Origin: Vitrella brassicaformis CCMP3155
Taxonomy: Eukaryota > Protista > Chromerida
Direction: 5' to 3'
DNA length: 64,000 nucleotides
NCBI GenBank assembly: GCA_001179505.1
Contig: CDMY01000473.1
Location: forward strand, 5,680 to 69,679
The position numbers and the translations under genes are program-made. Position 1 is the first letter of the stretch. Each line of letters starts with the position of its first letter. Positions 38,850 to 52,200 of the stretch are shown piece after piece. The notes under the pieces are model-generated. The model was not told the origin of the DNA. It was given only the letters and a program-made list of their open reading frames with translations, and did not search any database.

Positions 38850-39503
38850 ATGCGTTCGTCTCTGGCTTCTCCCGCCTTGGCCGCCCTGCTGCTCGTCATC
38901 TCTCCAGCACGTGAGCCACGACGATGCGTACAGTCAGCCCCTCGCGCAGGACACCCACCTCTCACTTACGTTGTGGGTCTCCCCCCCGTGTGTCTGTTCC
39001 CTTTGTGTGTGGTGTGTCTGCGTGTGCCTTCAGTGTTGCTGTGCGCGCCCGCCCCGGCCCTCACTCGCTACCTCCAGGACGACACCGACAAGGCGCCGAA
39101 AGGGGCAGTGAAGCCTGGCAACGACGAGAACAAGCAGCAGCAGCCGCCCAAGCTAGGCGACCACAAAGCCAACGACAACGGCAAGAAGGAGGGTCCGAAA
39201 GGAGCGGTGCCCAAGCAAGACAAGAAGCCTGACGACAACAAGAAGCAGCTTCAGCCGCCCGCCGGGAAGCAGCCGCCCAAGCCCGACGGGAAGGAGGAGA
39301 CTCGCCCTGTCCACGGTCCCGGCGTGTGCGACACCACCAAGGGCAACTGTGGCCCCAGACAGACTCCCATCAAGGGCAAGGGCAAGGGCAATCCTGGCAA
39401 GGGCACCGGCAAAGGCAAAGGCAAGGGCAACAAGTCTCCGCCCAAGGACGCGCCCAAGGAGCAGCCGAAGGGTGATGCAGGAGACAAGCAAAAGACGGCT
39501 TAG
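38850..39503 (+). CDS. Small secreted Lys/Pro/Gly/Gln-rich low-complexity protein (2 exons, ~176 aa)
   Basis: Exon 38850-38910 (MRSSLASPALAALLLVISPA) joins in frame to 39034-39503 (LLLCAPAPALTRYLQDDTDKAPKG...GKGKGKG...KQKTA*). Confidence 0.75.
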   Translation: MRSSLASPALAALLLVISPAREPRRCVQSAPRAGHPPLTYVVGLPPVCLFPLCVVCLRVPSVLLCAPAPALTRYLQDDTDKAPKGAVKPGNDENKQQQPPKLGDHKANDNGKKEGPKGAVPKQDKKPDDNKKQLQPPAGKQPPKPDGKEETRPVHGPGVCDTTKGNCGPRQTPIKGKGKGNPGKGTGKGKGKGNKSPPKDAPKEQPKGDAGDKQKTA

Positions 39504-40478
39504 GGGAGGGGAAGAGGGAGCCTAGAGGGGCGGGAGAGCCATGATGTGTGTTTCGTCACACAGCGAGGGCTGGCCCGCCCGCAGGTAGGCTAGCTAGTTT
39601 CCTTTCACAGGTAGAAAAGGTGTGTAGCTTCGGTGTGAGTATGTGTGGCCCACTCGCAGGTAGGCTGACTAATTTTCGTGGGCACGGTTGAGACAAGCAG
39701 AGAGAGATGATCATATGTGATGCGATATGAAGATGCCCGGCCCCTCCCTGTCAATGTGCGTGTGGGTGTGAGTCGTCTGTCGGTCTGTCTGTCCGTCCGT
39801 CTGTGTGTGTGTGCGTGTGTGTGTTTGGTCTGTCTACATAATGTGTTCATTGCAGAAGGGTGGGGTGGGGTGCAACAGGTAAGTGTGTATCGATGTTTTG
39901 GGAGGACAGAAGAGACCCAGACAGACACAGAGAGCCGAAATGGGCCACTAAGGTGCACGAAACGATGGGTGTGAGTGACTCGTGGGAGTGTGATAGAGGA
40001 CAAAGCACATAAACTCACAAGGTTAGCGCAAGTCTCGTCCTGTTTCACATGGATCCACCACTGCACAAACCACGCCACGAATGCACGTACTGCTCTCTCT
40101 CAACACATTCATTCAACGCAAGCAACACAAGCAAGATACATCACCCAGACAGCGGAGCCGCCCACCAGAACAAATCACATCACAAGTGCACACGCCACAC
40201 CCATTCCCCGGCCACGTGGTCCATTGCACTGCACGTCGGTGCGCATCATGGACCACACACGGGGAAAACACCACACCACCGGCAGCACTACACAGGCAGG
40301 GAAAACATAAGACACAGCCGCCAGCGGGACGGTCCACCACTGGTGTGTCGTGCATTGCATGGGATGACTGTGGGTTGAGGACCTCCAGAGCACGCGACGA
40401 GTCACGCAAAACCAACCTGGCGAGGAACAGAGGGAAAGAGGGGAGAGTGGCCATATCTGACCACTCGATGCTCTCCCG

Positions 40479-40510
<32 letters not shown>

Positions 40511-41558
40511 TCCTTACCTAGCAATCAGGTTGCTCAAGTTGTATGGCGCTTTCCAGCCGACTGATGGCCTCAGTTTTAGGGATACCGTCCTCGAGAGCGC
40601 GGCCCCAGGATTGGGCTGGCTGAATGTTGACCGATACAACCCTTGAGCGGCATCCTTGTCATCGTTGGCATGGTGCGCATCAATTTGTTCTTGTCAAAGC
40701 GTCACGAGCTTCCCAGCCAACACCGTCTGCAAGAAACGACACACACACACACACACACAGCATCCAAACCTGCCGCGCACAAGCTGGACAATGACTCTCC
40801 CCCTGTCCACCTGGTGAGCTTTAGCATACCAAACCCGCCCCAACTGGCACACACACAAGGCCCTCTCTGTCAGTGATGTGTGTGTGTGTGGAGTGGAGTA
40901 TCTGCCTCCAAGCTCACAGCAGAAAAGGTGCGAATGCCATGGGTTGGCGCTCAGCGCATCGACAAGTCAACCATCACCACACGAGCCTGACCGCACATAG
41001 TGAATCATGATGAAAGAGATGGAATGGTTTTGCTTGCTCTCAAAGCTTGCTTCGCGCTCTGTCTGCCCTCACCACTCTGTGGCTGAGCGGCGTCTTGCGA
41101 ACACCACCAACTCCAGCACATCCGTCAACTCATGGAAGTCGCTCAGATCTCCGCTCATGACGACTGAAGAAATCCAGCGGCGCACGCCTCGGTCAGAGAG
41201 AGAGCGGTTAAAGCGCCGCGGCGAAAGATCTGCAAGCTCAAAAAAAACTCTGCGAGCTTGGAATTTCGAACCAGAAGGCAGACGTTTTTGCCTCTCTGCC
41301 ATCAGAAAGCGCAGCAGTACAGTACCATATCTGCTCTCCTTGATTGCGAGTCTGCGAGAAGCGAGGCACACGGTTGTTCTCTTCTCTCGCAACCAAGAGT
41401 CCTTATCCCTCACGCGACGCGGAGTCTCACCAACTCGCTGAATCAGCTTCCCATCTAGCAAAGCAGGGGCGGCACCAGCCAACTAACACAGCACACGGCC
41501 AGGCAGGACGTTTCGGTGCGACAAGCGACGCCCTCGCAGCAAGGCCTTCCTGATCAGG

Positions 41559-43671
41559 ATGGGTCAGGGAGAGTCTCAGCCGACGGAGCCCTTCACGCCG
41601 CCAGACGACAAACACCGCAAGCAACTCCTGCGCAAGCTCGGCATCGAGAGCCACTATGTGCGGCCGCCGCCCGTCGTGCAGCAGGAGGCGCCGGACCGGC
41701 TGGAGCGCATCTACACCACACCGCCGGCCGGGGAAAAGGCCGAGAAGGCCACACAGGGCGACTTTGAGATGAACATTCTGGACCTGAGGAGCAAGGATGA
41801 CTTCAGGGTCAACTACCTCAAGAAACTCTCCTACAAGTGAGTCTGAGTCGTGTGGTGCGACGTGATGTGGAAATGCAGGACGGCGCAATTTCGTTTGTGT
41901 GTGTGGGTATGTGTGTGTGTGCAGCCAGGTGTGGGTGCCCAACGCCAGGAAGGCTCCGAGGCACCAGACAGGTATGAGCCCACAGGTGTTGTCTCAGTCG
42001 CTGACTCATGTGTCGACTCGCCCACTCCTGTGTGTGTGTGTGTGTGTGTGTATGACGTCCCTCGTTGACTCACTCAGTGATCATCTTCGATTGGGACGAC
42101 ACGCTGCTGTGCACGTCATACCTCAACCTCAGGGGCGACGAGAGCCACCCCAACACACGCAAACAACTCGACAACATCGCTAACATTGGGGTCAGGCAGC
42201 GGACCGGAAACACCACAAAGACAGACACACACGTGAGTGTAGCAGGACGTGTGTGTCTTGTGTTGTGTTGTGTTCAGCGTCATTTGCTGGAGCTGGCGAT
42301 GCGGCTGGGTCACGTGTTCATCATCACCAACGCCATGAGCGGGTGGGTCGAGTACTCGTCGCAGAAATACATACCCTCCATCAAACAGCTACTCGACAAC
42401 GGAATGTGAGCATCGCTCAGCACCACCCACCACACACACACGCGCACCCACCCAGCCACACGTGTGTGTGTGTGTGTGTTGTGTTAGTGGCGGGAAGAAG
42501 ATCAAGATCATCTCAGCGCGCGGCAACTATGAGCACCGATTTCCCGGACAGTACCAGGAGTGGAAGGTACCTTCCCTACCCACACCACACCCGCCACTCA
42601 CCCACTCACGCAGAGGGCTTACCTGGCTGGCGCCCTAACTGCGTATGGCATCATGTGTGCAGATTCAGGCGTTCTTGGAGGTGCAGCGTGAGCTCAATGC
42701 GGAGATCATCACCAACCTCATCTCACTAGGTCAGTGCCGCCAGACAGCAAGCAGACCACACATCAGCACACATGGGCACACAACGCTGTCCGTCGGTCTG
42801 TCTGTGTGTGTATACGCCTTTGCAGGCGATTCCAACATCGAGATGGATGCTGTTCACATCATGGGCAAGTAAGCCCGACACACAGACAAGGCACACGCCT
42901 CAAAATGCAACCTCTCCCCACCTCACTGTCTGCCTGCCTGTGTGATCCTGTGTGTGCAGGGAGTTTTCTCAGGCGTTGATCAAGACCATCAAATTCCGAG
43001 AGAACCCCTCACCCGACGAGCTGGTGAACACACGCAACAAACCAGACCGGAGAGGGCGACGTCCGACCCCACCTGTGTCCCCGTCTCAATCTGTCTGTCT
43101 GTGTGTCTGTCTGTCTGTGTGTCTGTCTGTCTGTCTGTGTGTCTGTCAGGCCAAGCAGCTGGAGTTGGTGGCCCAGAAGTTTGAGAAGATCTGCCTCAAC
43201 GCCAGAAACCTCAAAATCGGACTAGAACGGTAACCAACACACACACACAACACACGCGGCCTCGCCTGACCTGTCTGTCCTGTCTGGCTGATCGAGCGAT
43301 GCAGCAAATGGGTGCACCCCAACCGCCCCAAGCCCGGCACCGAGGGCGCCGCAGCACCCAACCAACCCAACGCCACTGCTGCAGAGGGCGAGGAGCAGCC
43401 TGGATCCCAGCCGAGCACCACCCCTTCCCCTGTCCCTGTCCCTCCCCCTCTCCCCGACAACAGTGCTCCGCCGCCAGAAGCTGCCGCCCACTCTCAACTG
43501 GGCAACCTTGGCATTCACAATGCGTTTGCCGCTGCCCAGCAGCAGGAGGGGCAGGAGAGCGGCGGGGGTGTGGGTGTGGGTGTGGGACCGATGGTCAATG
43601 GCATCAAAGGAGCCGCACCTGCGGATGGTGGCGGTGGTGGTGGTGGTGGGGGCAAGGAGGCGGGCAGCTAG
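41559..43671 (+). CDS. HAD-superfamily hydrolase/phosphatase, protist DWDDT type
   Basis: Motif I VIIFDWDDTLL, motif II FIITNAMSGWVEYS, IISAR...WKIQAF and motif IV LGDSNIEMDA. About 9 exons, with an N-terminal MGQGES. Confidence 0.85.
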
Positions 43672-44963
43672 TTGAGCCGCAGGAGGGGCATGGAGGAGGG
43701 AGTCTGATTCAGTAGCTGCTGGTGGGCGGCGGGTGGGTGTTGACGGGTTGGTGCTGAGATGTAATGTAGCCGAGGTCGGATGAGTGTTGGTGTGTATGCT
43801 GCTGTCGTGCCTGCCTGTCTGTATATCTGCTGTCTGCAAATCGCCGCCTCTTCTTGGCCCCAGTTTCTTTCATCTCCTTGATCAGAACCTTCACGCGAGA
43901 AATCATGTTAGATTTGTTTCGTGAAGGTTGCCTTGGGGAGGTGAAGGATTGGGGGGCCATACATACCACAGACAGCCGGAGGGTGCTTGAGAGATGCAAT
44001 GCGAGGTGTGCGTGTGGGTGTGGTGTGTGGGTGTGGGGGTGCGCTGCACATGCATGTGGAAGATGCTGTACAGATGGATGGATGGATGGACCTGTGGTTG
44101 GCTGGCTGGCTGACGCATTGATTTGATTGGTGAGTGTTTCTCTGTACATGTACTCTTGTAATCGAATTGACCCGGATCTCCCTCTCCCTCTCCCCCTCCC
44201 CCTCCCCCTCCCCCTCCCGCCCTCTCTCTCACTCGCACTGTTTCCTCCCAAGATTTTGATCGCACTGCAGCTTCTATTCTGCTGCTGCCGCACTGCTCTC
44301 TCTCTGTCTCTCTGTTCCTCTCTCTCAGGCGGGCCAGCCAGCCAGCCGCTCGTGTGCATGTGTCGTTATTTTTGGGGCCGTTGGCCCCTCCGTGTGACTG
44401 AATCGACAAGTGACCACGATTGACGGGTGAATTGAAGCTTACGTGTGAATGTCTGTGTCACATTGGTGCGTACGAGAAAGGTCATGCAGCATGAGCAATA
44501 CGTCAAGTCGTTCTTTCTCCTCAGACAGGCGCGTCCACGCACACATGTACCATGGCTGACGCAGACAACAAACCCCAGACCTCTCTTTAGAAACCACGCA
44601 CTCGTCATGCACTCACTCCTCATGCAACACATGTGTTTGCGAAACCCCAGCCAGCGCCCGGGCCCCTCTCACTCTCCCATGAAAACTCACTCACTCACTG
44701 TGTGAGCAGAGCAGTGTATACTAAAAAATAAATACAGCAAGCATCAATCAATTGGCAATACAATAAATGCGGCAGCTCTCTCTCCCTCCGGACACACACA
44801 TGAAGCCCACTCCCGGACTCGCAGTCGAAAACCCCCTCTCACGCCCCATACATGTGCCACATGTGCCAGATGTGCTGTGGCTGGCTGCGGGCTCCAAAGC
44901 TGAGCTCCACAGCCAGCCGCACTTAGCTACTGCATACTCGAATGCCTACGCCTCTCGGCTCGG

Positions 44964-45946
44964 TCACAGGCACTCCATGAGCTTTTTTCGTGCCTTGGTG
45001 ATGTGGCCCGGCGGCAGCGACGCCACCTGGGTCTGGGCCGCTGACGATGGCTTGCCAGTGTTTTCCCTCTGTGTCTGCGTGGCCACGCCCCAATACGCCA
45101 GATAACTGAACACACACAGAGGAGGGGACGAGCACAGAATCAGACAAACGAGAACGAGAAAGGCGGTCTCTCTCTGTCTGATCTGTCTCCACCCTCTCAC
45201 TCTCTGAGGGCGCGTTTGAAACAGTCAAGGTCGTCAGCCGAGAGGAAGCGTTGCCTCATGCTCGACACCGGCACGAAGTATGCGCGGGCTTCGGAGTCGT
45301 CAGGTCCTGAGGTGTCTGGCGAAGATGTCTCACTTCGTGAGACCGACGCAGCCATGTGTGTCGTCTGACAGTCGTTGCTGCCGTCCGACAGCACAAGGGA
45401 CGTGAGCAGCACACTGGTCAGCTGCGCGCTGCCCAGAGAGCCCTCGGCCGGGATGACAGCGGGGAGAGAGCTGAAGAGTCTCTCATAGGACGACACGAGC
45501 CCGTCGACATCACTCTCTGCGTCACAGAAGACATAAGGGATGTGAGAATGAGGCCCCCACTTTGTTCTTCCCACCTGTCAGCCGGACAGCCGCGGCTTTC
45601 ATCCTCTGTACGGTCGCTGAGGGCTCCGCGCTGCCCACAAGGGGGGCGGCGAGGAGCTCACCGACCAGAAAAGGTATCTTCGGCCGAACGCAGCCTCCTT
45701 CCTCCTCCTCCAGACGGGCGAGTGTGCGACATCGCCTTCTCACGACTCTGGAACATATCGCTATGACGCTTCCGAAGAAGGAAGTGTTGCTGCACAGGTT
45801 GCAGATGGCCTCCTATCATCAACCAACACGCAGACGCGCACAGAGAGAGTCCAACGCGCTGATTGAGAACTCTTTACCTTTAAAGAGGGAGGCGGAGGGG
45901 CCGTCGCGGGCAGCCACGGGAGTCTGTCGCCATCAGCAGTCGTCAT
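44964..45946 (-). CDS. Hypothetical protein (~250 aa, 4 exons)
   Basis: Four GT-AG-bounded exons join in frame: MTTADGD...SLK | EAICNLC...AVRLT | ESDVDGLVSSYERLF...CFKRALR | DYLAYWG...KKLMECL*. No recognised domain. Confidence 0.6.
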
Positions 45947-46248
45947 CGTTGTCGAAGACCTTTCCCATTGCAGCGCCGTCGCCTGCAGACGTATCCCATT
46001 GTCTTCGCCGGTCGCGGGTTCACGGCGACGTATCCGTGGAAGCCGGCGACATTTTCAGATCGGCCCCGCCGTGGCTCGCGCCTGCAAGCCAAGCTCGCAC
46101 GGAGGCTTTTCCCCATCTCCGCCACACCTGTCAGCATCGCCACCCCACTCCGCACCCGGCGGATCTTCCCTCCCCAACCTCAAAGTAGCATTTCTCGTCG
46201 TTCGGGCGTCTCGCGGGCTGCCGCCCGTCCACCTCTTGCGGGAACAAG

Positions 46249-49200
46249 ATGATGACGCCACGTGAGTTTCGGGATCTACTGGAGCTCAGAGGCCTCGTTC
46301 ACGCGCCAGCGGTGAGAATCAGTGGCAAGAACCTGCGCGAGAAGATCCTCCGGCTGCGGAGATCAGCGTCAGGGGGGGTGCAGAGAGGTGAGCTGGCCTG
46401 TGCCACCCTGCCCGACGACCTCTGGGTGTGGCGGGACGTCGAGAGGGCCCTGGACAGGTCGGATCCTCTGTGCCAGGTGCGCGTCGTTCAGCTGCCGTTG
46501 GCACAGCCGACGGAGGAGGAGGACCTGATTGCGGTGTATGGCGGGCGAGAGGCCATCCCGAGGAGTCACAGGGTACGCAGTGATGGGATGCATGCAGCCG
46601 CATGTGTGTGGTGCGCACACACTCGGGTGTTGTGATGCGTCTGTGGGTGTGTTAGATAGAGTGTGCGGTTGCACAACAACAACCTCACCTGTGTGTTGTG
46701 TTGTGTTGTGTGTGCAGGTGCCAGTGGTGCTCGGTCAGCTGTGCGGGCAGCTCCGTCACGGCAAGGCCACCCCACCAAAGGACGTGTTTGTGCTGCACAA
46801 ACCCATCAACAACCGCGGCGCCGTATGGCTGGACTGCTCTGACCGCCGCAATGAGGTCTACTACGTCAGGCAAGGCCGTGGGTGGGACGTCAATGCTCGA
46901 TTCCACCTGGTAGGTTGGCTGTGGGTGAGATTGTGACGGTGTTGTGTGTGCACGTGTGTGTGGTGTGTGGTGTGTGGTTTCGATGCACTCAGGTTGAGGA
47001 GGTTGGTGTGGGCATCCCTGCAGTCGTCCTGACAAGCATGCCGGGCAGGCCGATCCAGCCAGGGGTGCGCCTTAGCCACACCACACACGCCCTCGCCTCC
47101 CCACGCGCACACACACGTGTGTGGTGTGTTGGCTGCGTTGGTTGTGTGTGTCAGGACCCCCTGGTTGTGGCGGATGACCACCTGTGGTTCGCACAGGGGA
47201 CAGGGGGCAGCAGCGACCTCGCCGAGCACATCCCCACACACATCACCCAACACATGCCCCTCGCCCCCCACATCGGCGGAACACCAGCCCCAGGTGTGTG
47301 AAGTGATGCCATGTGGCATCACCACACGCAGCACCATGCCTGTGTGTCGTCGCGTGCATTCCACTGCAGACAATGTCATCAAGAGCTCGTTGTGTGTGAG
47401 AGAGGATGCGGCTGTGACTGAGGCGGTGTGTGGCGATGGTGACGGTGAGGGTGAGAGTGCGGAGCCGTCTCCTGCTGTCGACCAACTCATGGGCGACCCC
47501 ACACTCTACAAGGACGAGGGCAGCAAGCCGACGGTGAGCAAAAGACTTAAGAAGACACATCCACACACACACACACACACACTCGCGCGCGACTCGTCGA
47601 CTCAGGCTGAGCTTGTGGGTGTGTCGGCGAGTGTGACTGTGCCCTCCAGCGAGGAGCCCACAAGAGACGACCACCGTGACGGAGGAGGAGGCGGCGCTAA
47701 CAGCCCCCTGACTGAGGACGGCCCAGCCTCCGACCGCTGCTCAGACTCACCCGACGACAATCGCCTGATGGACCAGTACATCCAGGAAATCGGTGCTGTC
47801 GCTCTCTGCCAGGAGAATGACCCACCAAAGGAGGAGGCCGGCAGCAGCAGCAGCGGTCTCTTCGCCACGACAGCTGCCATCGACGAGTCGTTCCGCAGGG
47901 GAGATGGCGTGTTCGTCTTCCGCGGCGCCACACCCACACCCACACCCACCACCACAGCCAGCACGACCCCCACGTCAGCCCCGAAGATGGTGGAAGGCCC
48001 GTTCGGTCCCCGCCCGGCTCGCGAGCAGCCTGTCGACGTCGGGAACCCCCGGTCGTCTCGCTACCTCAAAACCGATGCCACCTTCCAGCGCCACTCGCTG
48101 CAGCCGTCCTCCTGTCTGGTCTGCTGGGACGACTCTAACAACGTGCCCTTCGCGCGTGTGGACCTTCCCGACGGCTATGGTGTGTGGGATTGCGACATAT
48201 TCCGCGATGGCCGGGTGGGCGAGCGGCGCGGTTACGTGACGACGGTGCGGCTGCTGGTGCACCTGGCCTCCCTGGAGGCGATTTACCCTTCCGACACGCT
48301 CATCGTCCGTCGGGAGAAGCTGCTCAAGGCCTCCTATCACGTGCGCAACAACAAGCTCACGAGCCCGGTGAAAGTGACCGAGAGCTACTTCACCCTCGCT
48401 GCCACCACAGCAACCAGACGCATCAGCAGCGGCACCATCAATGACAACGCCCCCTATGTGCCATTCTCCGACTGGGCGAACGTGTGGACGTGCGCCAGCC
48501 CGGCAGCTGACAGCTTCTACCCCGCCACGGTCGCTGAGGACCCCTCTGGCCCTTTGCCACAGCCTGTGTGTGTGCCGCTTGTCGCTGAGGGGCTGTCTGC
48601 TTTGGCGCTGAATGACGGGGGAGCGGAACTGCCGGCAGATGGCGACACACCAGGTCTGCTGCCGATACCCAAGGACCACCCCATTGCCACAGCGCCGATC
48701 CGCGCCAGAACGGTGCACACGCTCGACACAAATTGCACATCAGGAAAGCGTCACTGCTTGTTTGTCTGTCTGTCTGTCCGTCTGTCAGCCGCCGCAGTGC
48801 ACCTGTTGGCCGAGCTCCCTGCAGCCGTCCCTCTTCAAGACCGACCCAGAGCACCCCCTGCCCCCCGTCAAGCGCCACTTCACCATGTACACCCTCTCCT
48901 TCACCCTCGCATCGCCCCACCCCAAAGACATGTGGCTGCGCGCCAACACGCGGCTGCCCCTGGCCGTGATGCTCCCGTGGGCCATCAAGGACACCCCAGA
49001 GGGCGTTGAGGGCCTCGTGAAAGTCCCGGCTTACTGCCCGTGGAACAACGCTGGCATGTGTGTGGAGGTGAGGGAGCAGCGGCAGGGGAGGATCGAGCTG
49101 ACGATGGACCAGATGAAGGCATTGCACGTAAGCAACAAACAGGGGACAGGGGACAGGGGGAGGGAGGGAGGGAGGGTGGGGGGCATCCATCCATCCATCC

Positions 49201-52200
49201 ATCCATGTGTGTGGATTGCAGGATTGGCTAATCCGCATGTCTGAGATGATCGACATGCGGACCTTCAGCGACTGGTCCAAGTGGGTGCCGGGCGACATGA
49301 CCGGCAACATCCCCCGGGACGCCCTCCTCCCCCCCTGTGTCTTCGTCGCCCCCCTCGTCGCCAACCAAGACACACACTCACCTGACCAACCTGACCACCA
49401 CCACCTCGACCACACCCTCCCTGCCATCGATTGGGAGCTCGTGCACGCCAGCCTTCACTACATCCACACGTAAGCACACACACACACGCACACACACACG
49501 ACACGGCATACACACGTGTGGATGCCTTTGCTCGCTCGTGTGTGTGGGTGTTTATGTGGTGCAGGTACCCCCCTGGCGAGAAAGTGTCGCTGGTGGCTAG
49601 CCGCGCGCACCTCGAGCACATGACGGGACGGCGGGAGCGGCCCCCTTACGCCACCGACCATCCTGCAGTCGACCGCGTGATGGCGGCACTCCGCAGCCGT
49701 GGGGAGCAGCCCGTGCTGATCTCGCTCATGAGCGACGATGAGACCCGCCAGTACCGATGGCTCACGTAAGCATGCCCATCTACCCACCCGACCGCCCAGA
49801 TGGAGCACGTTGAGTGTGTGTGTGTGTGTGTGGGTGTGTCAGGTTGACGGACGTCATGTGGGACACGGCGTCGAGTGAGGTCCAGGTGGAGGCAGAGGCA
49901 CAGGGGGAGGGAGAGGGAGAGGGGGAGACCATGACCATCTCGCTGCGGGATCACCTCTTGAAGCACGACATCTGGTGCGAGAGCACACACAGGCAGTGTG
50001 TCCCGTCCATTGGTGCCCATTTCTGTGCGTGTGTGGCTACATGCCATGCAGCACTGATGTCGAGTGCCCGCTCGACGGCGCCAACTTCGTCGTGCACGCC
50101 AACTTCCTCAGAGGGGTGCCTACCGCACACACACACACACACACATCAATGCCGGCCAGCTAAGCTACATGTGTTTGTGTGTGTGTGTGTGTGTGTGGCC
50201 GGTGTGTTCGGTGTCATCCATCCCATCAGGGCGGCCGCAACATCCTGGCAGAGGAGCTGCGCATCCCCGACATGTCTGTCCGTCTGGCCGACACCCTCCA
50301 CCCCCCCGAGAGCATGCTCATCATGCCCATCTCGCCGCAAGTGGTGCGTGTCACACACGCACCCNNNNNNNNNNNNNNNNNNNNNNNNNNNNNNNNNNNN
50401 NNNNNNNNNNNNNNNNNNNNNNNNNNNNNNNNNNNNNNNNNNNNNNNNNNNNNNNNNNNNNNNNNNNNNNNNNNNNNNNNNNNNNNNNNNNNNNNNNNNN
50501 NNNNNNNNNNNNNNNNNNNNNNNNNNNNNNNNNNNNNNNNNNNNNNNNNNNNNNNNNNNNNNNNNNNNNNNNNNNNNNNNNNNNNNNNNNNNNNNNNNNN
50601 NNNNNNNNNNNNNNNNNNNNNNNNNNNNNNNNNNNNNNNNNNNNNNNNNNNNNNNNNNNNNNNNCCCCTCACACAGAAAATCGTCATGTGTGTCGTGTGT
50701 GCCGTGTGTGTGGTGTCAGTTTGAGTGCCTGACGTGGGTGGCGGGCATCCTCTTCCACATGGAGACCCACGCGCGATGTATCGAGGTGCACTCCAAGCTC
50801 CTCCGCGACATGAACAATCACCTGGAGGACCGATGCCCAGCCGCAGCGGCAGCCCCACCCGTCAAGCTGCGATTCGACCTGCTTCAGGAGGCCCTCACCG
50901 CACCGTCCACCCACTCAAGGGCGGGGGGCGATGCTGCTGGTGGTGATGGTGGGGACGACCAGCAGTGGGGCGTTTCATCGGACTATCAGGCAACTCCCCC
51001 CCACCCCCCACCCGCCGCCCCACATCATCTCTCTCCTCTCCCTGGTTGTGTGTGTGGTTGGCATGGCATGGCAGAGGTTAGAGTGGTTCGGCGACATCGT
51101 GCTCAAGTTCGCGGCAGCGTACGGCGCTTTCCATCGGCTGGACGGCACCGGCCGCAACGGCACGCAGAAGGAGATGACGGTCCTGGCCAGCCAGATCAAG
51201 ACCAACGAGCACCTCAAGGCTCGCACTGACGCCATCGGACTAGGAAGCGCCCTCGTCTCACAGCCTTTCCACAAGGTAGGTAAGAAAGAAGGAGCCCTCT
51301 CCCCCTCCCTCTCCATCGAGCGTGTGCGTGCGGTGTGCAGCGTCGCCCATTGGAGGAATCCCGCCTGTGCAAGGGCAAGGCCGTCGCGCAGCGCTCCCAG
51401 GTGCTGGAGGAGCAAAGCTGGCGCAAGCACAAGACCACCGCCGACGTGATGGAGAGCGTCCTGGGCGCCGTGTACCTCTCAAATGTCCCCGACGGCGAGC
51501 GCGAGGGCAGCACGTGTGTGGACACGCACCGAGGGCTGCTCGCGGCGTTCACCTTCATTGACGCCTTTATCTCGCCGGGCTCGGCGTTCCCCTGTCTGCT
51601 TGACATGTTTCCCGAGGCGCGTGTGGCCGTGCTGAAGCATTGTCAGCCGGAGCAGCCGATTGAGCAGCTGTGGGGGTGGACCTTCCGGAGAAAGGGGCTG
51701 CTGCACAGAGCCGGCAATGAGCACTCGTGTGTTCAGGTGGGCACACACACATACCCATGCACAGGGAGGGAGGGAGAGGGTGAGAGGGGAGGACGATTGC
51801 ATATCGCTCTCTGTGCAGATCGGCGTGAGTGAGACGAATGAGACTCTGGAGTTCCTCGGCGACGCTGTGATGGAGCTCTGCATGGCCCACTACCTATTCT
51901 TCAGGAAGACCCTCCCAATGCCACTCAACACACCGACCCCTGCCCCAACGGACACAGACACCGACCTGCAGCAGCAGCAGCAGCAGGCGTTCATCAACCA
52001 GCCCACAGGCGCCCTCCCAGACGAGAAGCAGCTGACGGCCGTCAAGCAGGCTCTCGTCAACAACGACACTCTCTCCCGCAAGTTCCTGGACCGCATCATC
52101 GAGGCAAAGAGGAGCGTGGGCGGCGTGTCCATCGGCGACGTGCTGCGGGTGGGCGATGAGCACCAGCGGGCCATCCTCGACGACTGCCAGAACCGCTATC

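Larger units (their letters stand above)
1840..50664. other. Assembly gaps (~300 N each) at 1840-2139, 2659-2958, 4117-4415, 28844-29143 and 50365-50664
   Basis: N runs, mostly within or next to duplicated sequence, so local copy number is unreliable. Confidence 0.99.

Noticed and set aside
41007-41482. Overlapping 137-144 aa ORFs upstream of the HAD gene
   Set aside because: No motifs and no consistent splice model; probably promoter or UTR.
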